From Paraspadella gotoi (taxonomy: Eukaryota > Animalia > Chaetognatha): DNA of 64,000 nt. Within the stretch, counting starts at the first letter, position 1, and each line of letters starts with the position of its first letter. Position numbers and translations under genes: made by a program. Under the pieces are notes generated by a model. The model did not search any database and was not told the DNA's origin. It saw only the letters and a list, made by a program, of their open reading frames with translations. This document shows, in pieces, positions 12,669 through 24,871 of this stretch. The stretch covers positions 20,316,531 to 20,380,530 of the forward strand of contig CM119268.1 in NCBI GenBank assembly GCA_051294375.1, written 5' to 3'.

Positions 12669-15600
12669 GACGAAGAGGCGGAACTTCGCGCCACAATCGA
12701 GTCCTTCTCTCCTCGAGAGGGCGAACGCGGCGTCACCGGCTTCCGCTCTAAGCCCCCCCTCGGCGCTGAAGCGGCGTGGGGGGGCGTCAAGGGTGAGGGC
12801 GCCAACCCTTCTATCGTCGCACTCGCCGCCAAATGTTCAGAGTCCATCCTCAATCCCGATTATCTCCTCGGTTAGAAATAAGTTGACACCCCACTCTAAA
12901 ACTAAATATTCTCTGTTCGATTTTATAACATTTAATTATTTCAAATAGCCCCTGGTTCGAATCGCCCCACCCCACCTCAAATGTTACTATTTCTATATCT
13001 AGGTACAAGGCAGCGCGTGTTTCGTGGGCGAACTCTTGTTATTATATTTTTTTTCTGGTCACCTTCCTTCTCTTTCTCTCTTCCTGTCTCTACTTCCTCA
13101 CTTCCTCTTCTCTGCCCTCTGTCATCCTTCTTTCCCTCGTCTCAGACCAGCCAGTACAGAACGTTAATTGATCCATTAAAAAAACAATTTCCCGGTACTA
13201 AAAATAAGTGACGGAAAGCCAAAAAAGAAAGCCTCCCGAGTCCGTTCTCTCTATCCCCTTTTTTTTCCTACCCGCGACTTTTTATCGCAGGCCACGACAG
13301 TCGAGCGCCCTTCAAGCCGCGTATCGACGGACCGACGCCGTCCGCCGACGCCGAGGCGCCATCTGTCGGTTGCGAAACGAAAACAGTCAAAGAGACGGAA
13401 AACAAAACAAAAGGGGACGAAAAGGCGGAGAGAACGACCGTCGGATCCGGTGAGGGTTGAGTGCGTTGACGGGCGATTTTATCTCGCCAGACGGGCTAGA
13501 TTTTGGATCGCTTTAGCTTCTTTGTGACGTCGTTGTCGTCTGCATTGGCGTCACGTTTTTTTATCGTCGCAATCGCTAGCGTTTGCGACGATATTGTAAC
13601 ACTCTTGCGCATAAGTGGCGTCGGCGTTGTCGTCGTCGTCGTCGGCGTTCCAAATTATAGATCGCCTTTTTTATGATTAAATTTGGGTTTATGAAGCTGA
13701 AAATTTATATTCAGCTTCTCATCATCGATGTGCTTAAAATTGAGTCTGAACAGATATTAAATATGTTTTGTTTACGTTTTATCGAAACAAACAAATTTTC
13801 TCTTTTATTTTCATATTTCTCTCTCTCTCTTTTTTTTCTTTTAATTACATGTCTCTCTCCCTCTCTCTTTTCCCTATTCACTGATTCATAATCATAGGGA
13901 AAAAAACGAGTCTGCAGCTGGCTCTGCAGGGGCTTATTCATTTTCTCTATTTTTTCCTGATGCTTTTACTGCTGACTTTTGAGTCTGCAGCTGGCTCTGC
14001 AGGGGCTCTCTTTTTTTCTCTCTTCTCCTGCTGCTTCTGCTTCTGCTTTCTTTTCTCTCTCTCTCTCTTTCTCTTATTTTATTTTATTTTTATTTTAAAA
14101 AAAAATTGAATTGGGATTGAACTCGTAAAATTAGACATCGCATTCGTGCATGATATCATTTTGCAATAGTAATATCGGGTTTTTATTTCACTTTAGTCTT
14201 TACTTCACTTCGTCAGTCTGATTCAAGTTTCACTTTGTCTTTTGTCTGGGAATGCTGACAGTGTTTTCGATCAAACTGCTCGCTTATGCGTGCATAAAGT
14301 AAAACAAAAGTACCTTCAATAATGTTACTCCAGTCTTAGCACTTGCTAAAAATTAAACTCGAAAATAAGTTATTTTACTGTTTTATATTTATTCTTTTGA
14401 CAATGAAAAATTTTTTTTTTCTTTTTTTTCTTTTTTTTTTCAGAAACTGTAACTGTAAATTGACAATCGCAAAATAGAATTTTTCTTTCTGTTTATAAAT
14501 TAATTTTCTTTTTTTCCCCTTTCTATTCTTTCTTTCCTTTCCATTCTTTCTTTCCTTTCTATTCTTTCTTTCCTTTCTATTCTTTCTTTCCTTTCTATTC
14601 TTTCTTTCCTTTCTATTCTTTCTTTCCTTTCTATTCTTTTTTTTTATTCTTTCTTTCCTTTCTATTCTTTATTTATTTTTTTCTTCTTTTTCTTTGTTTA
14701 TAAATTTTTTTTTCAAATTTTATTTTTTTTATTATCAAAATTTGTCGTCAATCCAGATTTTTCTTATGCAATTGCGACGATCCTTATGCTTTTAAGATTT
14801 TTCTTATAAAGTTTTGACTGGGGCTTACAATTTTGTTTTTTTTTTAAATAAAACTACTACAAATAACGATAGATTTTTTATAAAAGTATGCGATCATCGT
14901 TAAAAATTTAGATATGCCTTCTCATCTTTAAGATCTTTGCAATTGTCATGTTTCATATGAAATTACAAGTATTTTTGTTTAATTTCTTTCTCATTATGAT
15001 TTACTGCAATATAAAATTATTTTTTATTAATATGAAAATTAGTATATAGAATACTATATTCTAATTTGCATATTGCAGTAAATCTCCCATAATGAAAGAA
15101 AATTCATACAAAAAATACTTGAATCAATATAAAACATATAATTTTAAAAGACCTTTTTGATGAGAAGCTATATCTAAATTTTAATATAAATAAAAATGCA
15201 CACTTTTATAACTTCCGATTAAAAAAAATTAACAATTTCTAATTGTAAACAATTGTAACATTTTTTTGTCTTTCTTTTTTTTTTAACATTAAAAAAAAAT
15301 AAAAAAAATTTTTGTAAGGCGCTGCCTCTTCTGATTCGTTTAAAAAACGAGTTCAGCTCTGCAGCGGTTGGACTGCTCTTTTTTTCTTTCTTTCTCTCTC
15401 TTTCTTGTTTTCTCATTCTCTCTCTCTCATACCTGCATTTGTTTGTTTTATTTATGATGAATGATTTATCGCATCAATGAATGATTTATCGCATCAATGA
15501 ATGACTATCATCGCATCAATGAATGACTATCATCACATCAATGGTTATCAGCGCATCAATTTTTTTGTTTTTATTTTTTATTTCCTTCTTTTTTTCCTCT

Positions 15601-17671
15601 TCCTCCTCTTCTTCCTCCTCTTCTCATTCTGTCTTAACTTCACAATTCACGACACATCGACGTTTTCTTCGTCTCTCACTTCTTTTTTTTCTCCAGATTT
15701 TTTCATTAATTTTTTTTATAGTAACGTCTGGCGAGATCACTATTATTTTAAGATTTTTTTTTTACTTTCTCTGTGTCCTTCGTGTTTTTTTTTCTGGCCC
15801 TTTCGCCTTTGGAACATTTTCCATTTGCTCCTTCCCTTTCTGCGTTTAACCGATTCACTCTCAACTTGCCATCTCCATATATTTTCCAACCCACATTCAG
15901 TGAACTTGCATGCATTTGCTCTTTCTCTTCTTGTCTTTTCCCTTTCTCACACCGATTCATAATTCTGAGGTTCCAAACTCTTACCTTTTTTCCTTTTTAA
16001 CTACTAGTTCGATTTTGATCGATTTACGTATTTCCCATATTATTATTTGGTTTTTAAAATAAGGTGATTTAATGCAGTTTGAATTTTTTTATAATGCTAG
16101 CAACAGAACAGTGGAGCAGAATTAAAAGTCGCAATGAATTGATTGTAATAACGTCATAAACTTGATTGTGTCCCCGAGACCCGTAAATGTTTAAAACGCG
16201 CTCTCTTTTTCCGAGTAATGGAGGCGCGTTTTATCTTGACTGGTAAACAAATCCTGCTCTCTTTCGCGTTTTACTGTCCTCATATGGGCCCTGCAAGGAA
16301 AGGCTCAGTTTGATGAATTATTACGAATGGAAATCAACAAGGGGGAAGGGGGTCGGAGGGAGGGGATTTAGAAACACTTTGACTTTCCAATTTTCCCAAT
16401 CGAATTTTTGCAGAGCGCGTTAAAGGACCATGAGTCAATTTTCGCCTTAGAATTTTTCAAGAAAAAGGAAAAGATGACTTATTCTTTGCTGGCTCATCAG
16501 TTATCCTTAATTACAACCTACTTCATTTGCTTTTTTCTTCCCGTATTTCCTTCTGGCTTCTCCCATGTATGCATTTTTCCTTATCGTCCCTATTGTCTTC
16601 TTCCCTGCCAAAATGACCTATTTCTCTCTCATCCCCTGTTTTACAGCGGCTTCGTCGATGCGAAGGTTCGAGCCTCTGACGGTCGACGTGACCCCCCCGG
16701 CCGTTGAAACCGGCCATCCCCGTCCCTCGCCCCACCAGCCCGGGCGCCGTTCCGTCCGTGGCGCCCCTGGCTCCCTCCTTCGCGCCGTAGACGAGATGGA
16801 GACCCGATCGCCGGCCTCTTCCCACTTTTCCGGTGAGAATACCCTGCATCCTCTTCGATGGGGAAGGGTTAGGGCTTTACCGATTCTCTTCTTCATATGG
16901 CATTTTCCTATATGTTAGGTTATAGAAAATAGAAACTTTGTGTAACGTTAAATTCATTTTTTAGTCCTAATATTAAGTTTTCGATTGATATCTTTTGTAG
17001 GTAGTTATAACTACTTTTCAATAAAATTGCTAAATATTAACAGCTTAGCTTTCAATTCATATATTGAGCGCAAACCAGGGATAAAAAAAAACCCGGCCTG
17101 GATGAAGCAACAAAACGAGGCAACAGGAAAAAAGAGGAAATCACCGCTCGTTATCTTTGTGAAGGAGGGGGGGGGAAGCGGACAGAAGGATGAAGGGTGG
17201 GAAGGCGATTGCGGGAAGATTGCCTCTCATGATTCCGCCCCGCCCAATCGATTATTGATAACTCCTTCCGTTATAGATTATAATTCCCCGCCTCCGCTCG
17301 CGAGCCTCATTTTTCTTTTTCTATCAGGATTATCTTCTCCGCGGAAGCACACCATAATTCTCAAGTCGGAGAAGATGAAGGGGTTGAAGGAGCTCTTCCT
17401 CGCATCGGGTAAGGATACTTGTCTTTCAATGTTTTATTTGTCAGTTGGTTAAACTGGTGAAAGTTAATGGTATATAGATGCCCAAAAAAATTTCATTAAA
17501 TTTATATTTTTGTTTATCTCACTCTCACTGCAATCAGTCGGAAAACTGAACACAAGCGCCATCAAACTGCAGTTGACGGCGCAGTCCCAAGTGGTCATGT
17601 CTTCAAAGCGGAAGTCGCGAGGTGGGGCCGAGGACCTGGGTCGCGCCGCTAAACGATCTAGGCGAGAGTGA
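12669..17671 (+). CDS. Unidentified multi-exon protein-coding gene (5' end not found)
   Basis: GC-rich blocks with AG/GT boundaries that join in frame: 12669-12792, 13291-13449, 16647-16832, 17328-17408, 17538-17671 (TGA). The C-terminus reads ...[65 protein letters not shown], with a basic NLS-like tail. Confidence 0.7.
14515..14670. repeat. ~18-19-bp pyrimidine minisatellite (TTCTATTCTTTCTTTCCT)
   Basis: Visible tandem units. Confidence 0.85.
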
Positions 17672-19062
17672 CGACTCCTGGGAGAAAATCTTCTCCCTCT
17701 ACCATCGTTCCCCGTCCCTTTTCCCCCGGTCTTCTCACTCTTTCCCCTCGTCCACCGATTATTTGCACTCAACTATATAAAGTACTCATTCTTTGAAAAC
17801 ACTGTGATGAAGTTTTTCTCCTAAAAAAAAAGAAAAAATTCCCGGCGACAATTTCTGCATGAAGATCGCCCTACGTTTATTCTGACGATTTGCGCGGCTG
17901 TTAATTTTAACTTTTCAACTGATGGAATATCAGTGACAGAATATGCCCGTCATGGCTCCGCGAGGCTCCAAGCGACGAGAACATTTTTTTTGTCTTTTAT
18001 TTTGCGACTTTTTTTTTTCTTTATCCAGTTTTGCGAAACCAGTTACGGTGTTTTTTCTTCTAGTATTTAGCTTAAAACTTCTAGAGATATATTTCGTTAC
18101 TCAACTAATAATTAATTTAATATATTTGGAAGATTCTCTAATCGTTTCTTCGGTCAATTTTATTAATTAATTTTACCGCTGCCTTGAATACGTTCCATCG
18201 CGTAACCGACTATTAACCGTTCTATTATTTTAGCATTGTAGGAAAAAATAGAGATGCTTAATCAGTAAATGACAATGTCTTTTTCGGCCATCTTTAAGGC
18301 CAGGGATCAGTCAATTTAAACATTACGAGAACTTAATATACTATATTAAATACCCCTTCGCATCTCTCTCGTAAGTATTCCAGAAAAAATGAATGGATTT
18401 TTTCCAAAATTTGGAATATAAATATATTTTACTTTTTTTTCTCGGTAAACCGAGAATTTTGAGTAAAAACTGATTCTTTATGCTCAATTTTTACAACCAT
18501 TTTTCTTCTTTTGGTAAAGACTGATTCTATGGAGAAAATTCCGAGTTGTAATGACGTCATCACACGTCTCGACTATGATGTTGTGTATCTGGCTAAAGTC
18601 AAAAGTACAGAGTTTAAAAAGAACAAGTTTCAGCAAACAATGTCGGATCTGCCTACGATATAAGCTAATTCGATGATAAATTTGACTTTCAATTTGTGAT
18701 CTTCACAGATCATAACCAATCGTAACATAAAAAATCATAACAGACCTCATAATAAATTTATGAATTATTACCAGAAGCTGACATAATTTGGTCAACTTAC
18801 ATAATTTGGTCAACTGGCATAATTTGGTCAATCAATCAATCTGAGAGATAACAAAAGAGAAATTTTTAAAAATTCAAATAAATGTGTCCTTTGGTTTTCT
18901 ATTTTAAATTCTTTTCCAATCCTATGATTCCATCAAAAATTAATATCCAGCTTAATCACATAATTTCCTGCCCACACACAAAATTTTGTTTCAATTTATC
19001 TATCCAATTTTTAATATATATAATAATTCTAAGTAAATTTATTTTTTGTATTTTCCATTTAA

Positions 19063-20063
19063 GAGGAAGGGTCATTCACCACACTAATACATCGAGAAAT
19101 ACATTATAGTCATCAGTAATCATAAAAAAAATGTTTTTATTTATATGTAAACATTCTGTTTTCAATCTTTTTTTTTTCAATAATAACAAAATTATTAAGT
19201 TAAATGGGTAAGCACATTTTTTAAAGATTTGTTTTTCAATCTGGTTGTGAAAAAATTATAGGTAAGAAGTTTAGAGACAGTTTTAGTTTAGTTTTGACAA
19301 CGATTTTTATTTAATTCAAAACATACATGTTTTGGCTTCATTTCAAGCTTTCATCAGCGTTGAAGGCTTGAAATGAAGCCGAAACATGTCTGTTTTGAAT
19401 TAAATAAAAATCGTTGTCAAAACTAAACTCACTGTCTCTAATCGTCCCAAACAATGAAAAGAAAGGATTTATATCACAAGGTAAGAAGTTAAAACACGGT
19501 AAGGGATAATTTAGGAGAGAATTAAACAATTAATCTTGTTACTCTGTTGGTTTTCCAGTCTTGAACAAAAACTTCAGTTAAATAGATGGTAAAGAAATTC
19601 GAGCTCCAATGAATCTACACTGAATTTGAAGAGTTGCAGCCTAAACGACTGCAATAATATTGATTTAAAAATTTGATTAGCAATCTTAAAAACATTTGTA
19701 AAAATGTAATAGAAACATTTTGATAAACGCGTTCTAGTTAGGAAGAATTAAGGGTTAAAGTTTAAAAACATTTCATTTTCAAGGATACAAGTTGAAATTT
19801 AAAAATGTCTCTCTATTACATTTTTCTAATTCAGTAATAAAAAAAATCATAAAAAATATCAGATGGATTGGCTTTTTCGTTTGACCTGCAACTCTTCAGA
19901 TAAGTTTCTTTTATTTTAAATTATAATTAAAACCGATATAAAATGGCATAGAATGCATCAATTGTTTAAAGTGAATACATTTTCGGAATCAACAGGAGCT
20001 CAGCCTTTTGAATCTGAACTCCATTTTGGCATATTTTGAAGTTGATATGAATGACCCTTTTTC
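19063..20063. mobile_element. Kolobok-like MITE
   Basis: TTAA TSD; TIR GAGGAAGGGTCATTCA / TGAATGACCCTTTTTC with purine-purine termini, unlike piggyBac CCC. Removing it restores the host CCATTTAAA.TCATTTCC. Confidence 0.65.
19272..19478. mobile_element. Penelope-type head-to-head palindrome with hammerhead remnants on both strands
   Basis: Inverted arms ~19271-19350 and 19360-19441. + strand TGAAGGCTTGAAATGAAGCCGAAACATGTC; - strand CTGATGAAAGCTTGAAATGAAGCCAAAACATGTA. Perfect 12-bp TSD AGGTAAGAAGTT at 19260-19271 and 19479-19490. Confidence 0.75.
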
Positions 20064-20518
20064 TTAAAATCATTTCCACTCGCACGATTCCATCAAAACT
20101 TTATATCCAACTCAAACTTCCCTAACCACACACAAAATTTTATTCTAATCCATCCATCCAATCACGGGTAATTGGAGTTTAATGAAAAGTTGGGATGGAC
20201 CTTCAGACAGAAGGATGGACGGACGGACATCGTTTTTTTTTGCATAATTTATTATAATTCAATGTTCTGACATGATTTAAGTAAATGCCCATCAAAATTG
20301 AGGGGGCGGACCGACGAACCGACAAAGTGGATTATAGAGTCAGGATATGCTGATAAGCAGATCTGACTAAAAATAAACAAAAAGAGTTAGAGCTCAAACC
20401 ATTCGACGAAATATTTAAAAAAAAATATTTTAGGGAAGAGTATTAAAGTGGGAGAAAAGTTACGAGAGGGATTTTGGAAATTGTTTTTTGTATTTACATT
20501 TTAATCATTGAAAATTTT

Positions 20519-21538
20519 TTTTAGTCAGATCTGCTTATCACCAGATCCCGACTCTATATAATACACTTTGTCGGTCCATCCCCTCAATCTTGTCGGGCAT
20601 TCACTTATATCATGTCAGAATATCGAATTATGATAAATTATGCAAAAAAAAAAAATGTCCATCCATCCCACCTTAGCAAAAAACTAATTGCTCGTGATTG
20701 GATGGATGGATTAGAATGAAATTGTGTGTTGGTAGGGAAGTGTGTGATTGAGCTGGATATAAAGTTTCGATAAAATCGTGCGAGTGGAAATGAGTTTAAA
20801 TGGAAAAAACAAAAAAATATATTTCACTGTTTGAATGTCAATAACTCCTGTGTGGACAGGGCGATTGACTTGAAATTTTGTGTTTGAATTTGTGATGGAA
20901 GTGTCTGAGTGGAAATGAGTTTAAATGGAAAAAACAAAAAACCTGTTTCACTAATTGATTAATGATTATGCTTCTTTTTATTTTTATATTAAATGTAAAT
21001 GCAAGACGAATTAATTAATCATATAATTATTCAGTTAATTAATCAATTAGTCAATTAATTAATAAATGAAATAAATTAATTGGTCAATTAATCAAAAAAT
21101 TATTCAATCAATCAATTTATTTAGTTACCTATTAATTTATTATTCAATCAATCAGTTTATTTATAAATTAATTAATTATTTAATCAATCAATCAAGTCAA
21201 TCGTTATTGGCATTATTGTCGTCGTCGCCATCATCGTCGTCGTTGCTTTTGTTGTGATCAGTGATGAAAAGACCTAAAAACATTTCAGATCAAATTAATT
21301 AATTAATTAATATATAAACTAAAATAATAATTTAATTAATAATCTAATAATGTAATTTGATCTGAAATGTTTGTTTTTAGGTCTTTCCGTCACTGACCAC
21401 GACAAAAGCAACGATGACGATGATGGCGATGACGACAATAACAATTATAATTTTAGTTTATACAGTTTATATTAATTAATTAATTAATTACCGCTAATGA
21501 TCGTGGGCAGATCCGACATTGTTTGCTCAAACTTGTTT
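20519..21538 (+). mobile_element. DINE/HINE-like family B (other copies on - strand: 18623-20372, 4966-5918)
   Basis: subTIR GTCAGATCTGC / GCAGATCCGAC, 3' hairpin TGTTTGCTCAAAC, (GTCC/ATCC)n-type microsatellite and T-run flanks. Confidence 0.65.
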
Positions 21539-22488
21539 TCTTATGAAGGAAAGGAAAATCCCTCTCGTAACTTTTGAACCCTTGGCCTAAAGTAAATTTT
21601 TTTAAAAATCCCATAAAAATCCGCTTCTCCGTTTGGACTCCAACTCTACCGATAGGTGTCTTTTATTTTATATAGTAATAAAAAGTTCGAATCAATGGCA
21701 ACGGATTTTAAAAAAAGAAAAAGTGTATACATTTTCGGAATCGTCAGAAGGTCTACTTTCTGAATATCTGCTCTGTTTCAGTGTCTTTCGAAGTTTAAAT
21801 TGAGTGATCCCTTGTCTTAAGAATCATGCTCCTCATAAGAGATACATAGTATAGAGAAAGAGGAATAAGGAAAAGAAAAATAGAGGAAAAAGTCAAAGCT
21901 TTTTTAATTTTCCAAAAGTAAATATTTTCTTCTTTTCAACTTTAATTTATTAAAAAAAACTTTTTCCTTTTCGGTTTCCCTATAGAAGGTCTGGAGCGTG
22001 ATTTTGGGCGAATACCGTTTATTCGTATGAGCTTGCAGAAAGGGAAATTGTGATTTTATTTCAACTCTTGCTATTTTTAATAATGTTTCCATTTGTTTAC
22101 ATTTATTTTAATTAATTAAATGGATGAATGCGATTGATACCGCGTTTTGAAAATTTTGTTACTGCTAAAATGACAGTTTTATCTTTTTTTAAAATTGTAG
22201 CGATATTGTAAATTTGTGTAATTTTGTGATAAAATCTCCTCTATCAATTTTTGAAACTCAATTATAATTTATTACTGGAAATTTTACAGTCAGCAATTTT
22301 TTTTTTATCTCACCAGACGGGCGAATTCCAGACTTGGGCGAGATGTTAATTCGTTTGCCTCTTTTGACCGTCGTTGTCGTTATTGTAGTCACGCTGTTTT
22401 AACATTAAAAATAGCTCAAGTGTGTAACCATAGGAAGCTGAAAATTTAGATATGGCTTCTCATCATTGAGGTTTTTTAAATTATTATC

Positions 22489-23176
22489 CTAAATTCGCCT
22501 CCTGTATAGCTTGATGAAACTCAGCTCATCCCATTGGTTTGGACAGCTAAGAACTCGTTCACCAACCGTGAGTTCCGGGTTCAATCCCCTCACGGACACG
22601 TTGGTTAAAGTGATGGTGTCAGCATAAACACGCCAGTAACATAGGGTGGTCACTGCAGGTCCAAAGCCCTGAGCGCCATCTGTCGGGAGATGCTTCACTC
22701 CCTGGGCATCACACATGTCTCCCCGTTGCCATAAGTAGTCCTATTATCGAACACACCACCGCTGCTTACTGTCGCTCACGTTATCGCTTAAGGGTATTCA
22801 TCCCATGCCTATGCCCTACTTCTTGCTCGCTCTTTAACTGTGGCAATGAGTCTGACTACTCTCAAGACAGTCATTCTGGGCTTGAGGACCCCAGTGTGCT
22901 GTCTTGGGGGGGGCATGTATGGAGAATCTTAAATTTGCCTCCCGTATAGCTTAGTGAAACTCAGATCGTCCCATTGCTTTGGACAGCTCGTTCACTCGTT
23001 CACCAACTGTGAGTTCCAGGTTCAATCCCCTCACGGACACGCTGGTTAAAGTGTAATGGTATCGGCATAAACACGCCAGTGATATGGGGTGGTAACTGCA
23101 GGTCCAAAGCCCTAAGCGCCAGCTGTTGGGAGATACTTCACACCCTGGGCATCACACATGTTTCCCCGTTGCTATA
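22489..23176 (+). mobile_element. Miniature LTR element, family 2 (tRNA-like cassette plus twister motif in both LTRs)
   Basis: Direct repeats ~22489-22733 and 22916-23176. A G-run PPT precedes TGTATGGAG at 22916. B box GGGTTCAATCCC. Twister motifs at ~22600-22680 (GATGG..TAA-ACAC-GCC..CAGG-TCCAAAGC-CCTG) and 23041-23123. PBS is not clearly recognisable. Confidence 0.78.
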
Positions 23177-23579
23177 TATGTTTCATATTCCTACACGTTT
23201 TTATTTACAAAACAATTTTTATATATATAGACGAGTTCAGCTATGCAGCAGCTGTACAAAAATAATTAAAGTTGTAAAGAAGAAATTATGATAAGTCAAT
23301 CATTAATTATTTATCTATTAATTGAACCACAAACAAATATACCAATGTAAAATATTAATATTAAACCTTTAGGCAATATAACAAAAATTAATCTAAGCTT
23401 AATACGAATATGACAATATGCAAATGAGATTGAAGAACTTGATCTCATTTGAGATTATCTACAAATTAATCTGTTTTCCGTCGCAGCTTCTTCTGATTCG
23501 TCTAAAAACGAGTTTGCTCTGCAGCGGCTGTCCAGCTTCTCTCTAACTCATATACGCATTTGTTGGTTTTATTTAAGAT

Positions 23580-23823
23580 GAATAACTATCATCGCATCAA
23601 TGAATGACTATCATCACATCAATGACTATCATCGCATCAATGAATGACTATCATCGCATCAATGAATGACTATCATCGCATCAATGAATGATTATTATCG
23701 CATCAATGAATGATTATCATCGCATCAATAAATGATTATCATCGCATCAATAAATGATTATCATCGCATCAATGAATGATTATCATCGCATCAATGAATG
23801 ATTATCATCTCATCAATGAATGA
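23580..23823. repeat. 21-bp minisatellite (ATGAATGACTATCATCGCATC-type; also 15455-15560)
   Basis: Visible tandem units within DINE family C. Confidence 0.9.
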
Positions 23824-24383
23824 TTTTTACATGACAACCTCAGGGCTCGAACCAGGGACGCACATTGGGATGGTGCATTAGTCCACTGAGGCGCTGCAAA
23901 AGAAACAGCCTTAATCCATCTGTGGTGATAGGACCACCAGACAGCCGCCCCCAGGACTCTTACATATGAGAGTACGAAGCAGGGGATGAAGTGCATGTCT
24001 CTCTGCTGAACCTCTCTTCATTCTGGTGGCCTATGCGTTGAGTGGCAGCTCAAACCACATCAAGGGCAGAGGAGTATTATCATTCCCGGTTTGCGTGTTC
24101 AGATAACGTCGGGCTCACCATTGAAGAGGCTGGTTTTATAAGGCGCCACACCCGCAGTGGTATCACCTCGTGGCGACAGCGAGACAGCATGTTCATGTAG
24201 TCCAGAGCTTTGGATCTGGCAGTAGGCCCTTGCCTACAGGCGGGTTACCCAGTCCATCCCACTTTTTACATGACAACCTCAGGGCTCGAAACAGGGACGC
24301 ACATTGGGATGGTGCATTAGGCCACTGAGGCGCTGCGAAAGAAACGGATTTAATCCATCTGTGGTGATAGGACCACCAGAACA
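23824..24383 (-). mobile_element. Miniature LTR element, family 4 (5' LTR 24383-24122, PBS, truncated 3' LTR 23943-23824)
   Basis: On the - strand: TGTTCTGGTGG...CTCTTCA-A-TGGTGAGCCCGACGT, the same PBS as family 1. G-rich tract before the second TGTCTGGTGG. B box GGTTCGAGCCC. Twister motif at 24194-24272 (CATGTA..GATGG..TAA-CCC-GCC..CCAGA-TCCAAAGC-TCTGG..TACATG). Confidence 0.82.
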
Positions 24384-24871
24384 TCAATAATTTATTATCG
24401 AATCAATCATTCGTTTTTTTTTGTTTTTTTTCATTAATTTTTTTTGATAGTAACATCTGGCGAGATCACTATACTTTAAGATTTTTTTTTACCTAGTAAA
24501 TAAAAAATCTAGCTATATTTACTATTTAGTACACTCAATGACAAGCATAAAATTTCTGAATTTATGTTCTTCTTTAGAAGCCTTTCTGTGCCGAATGATC
24601 TAAATAAAAAGATGCACGATTACGCGAAGAAATTATCCTTTCGCCAAAGAAAGGATGACGCCAAAGACAGCGTCCCTCGCAAGAATCAAAACGGTTGGTT
24701 GACCTTTGCGTTTTTTCGGTCGATAAATCCTTCGATTCTACTAATATTCGAAAGTTTTACTCATTTTTCAACTTTAGTTAGCCGACGGTACACAATAAAA
24801 TCATTCCTTTCTCCAATCTCCATCCTTTTTTCCTCTTCGTCCCACACTCCGCCTTTCGACCCAATCTAGCG

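Larger units (their letters stand above)
22307..24487 (+). mobile_element. DINE/HINE-like family C (second copy ~13478-15757)
   Basis: subTIR ATCTC(G/A)CCAGACG / C(G/A)TCTGGCGAGAT, a shared body with a 21-bp minisatellite, and a TTAAGATTTTT end. Confidence 0.6.

Noticed and set aside
13673-13891. Recurrent ORF MIKFG(C/F)MKLKIYIQL (also 51928, 57517)
   Set aside because: Part of the non-coding DINE family A body; frames diverge and break between copies.
23580-23823. Regular 21-bp repeats resembling a CRISPR array
   Set aside because: Head-to-tail units with no unique spacers, in a eukaryotic context with no cas genes; this is a minisatellite.
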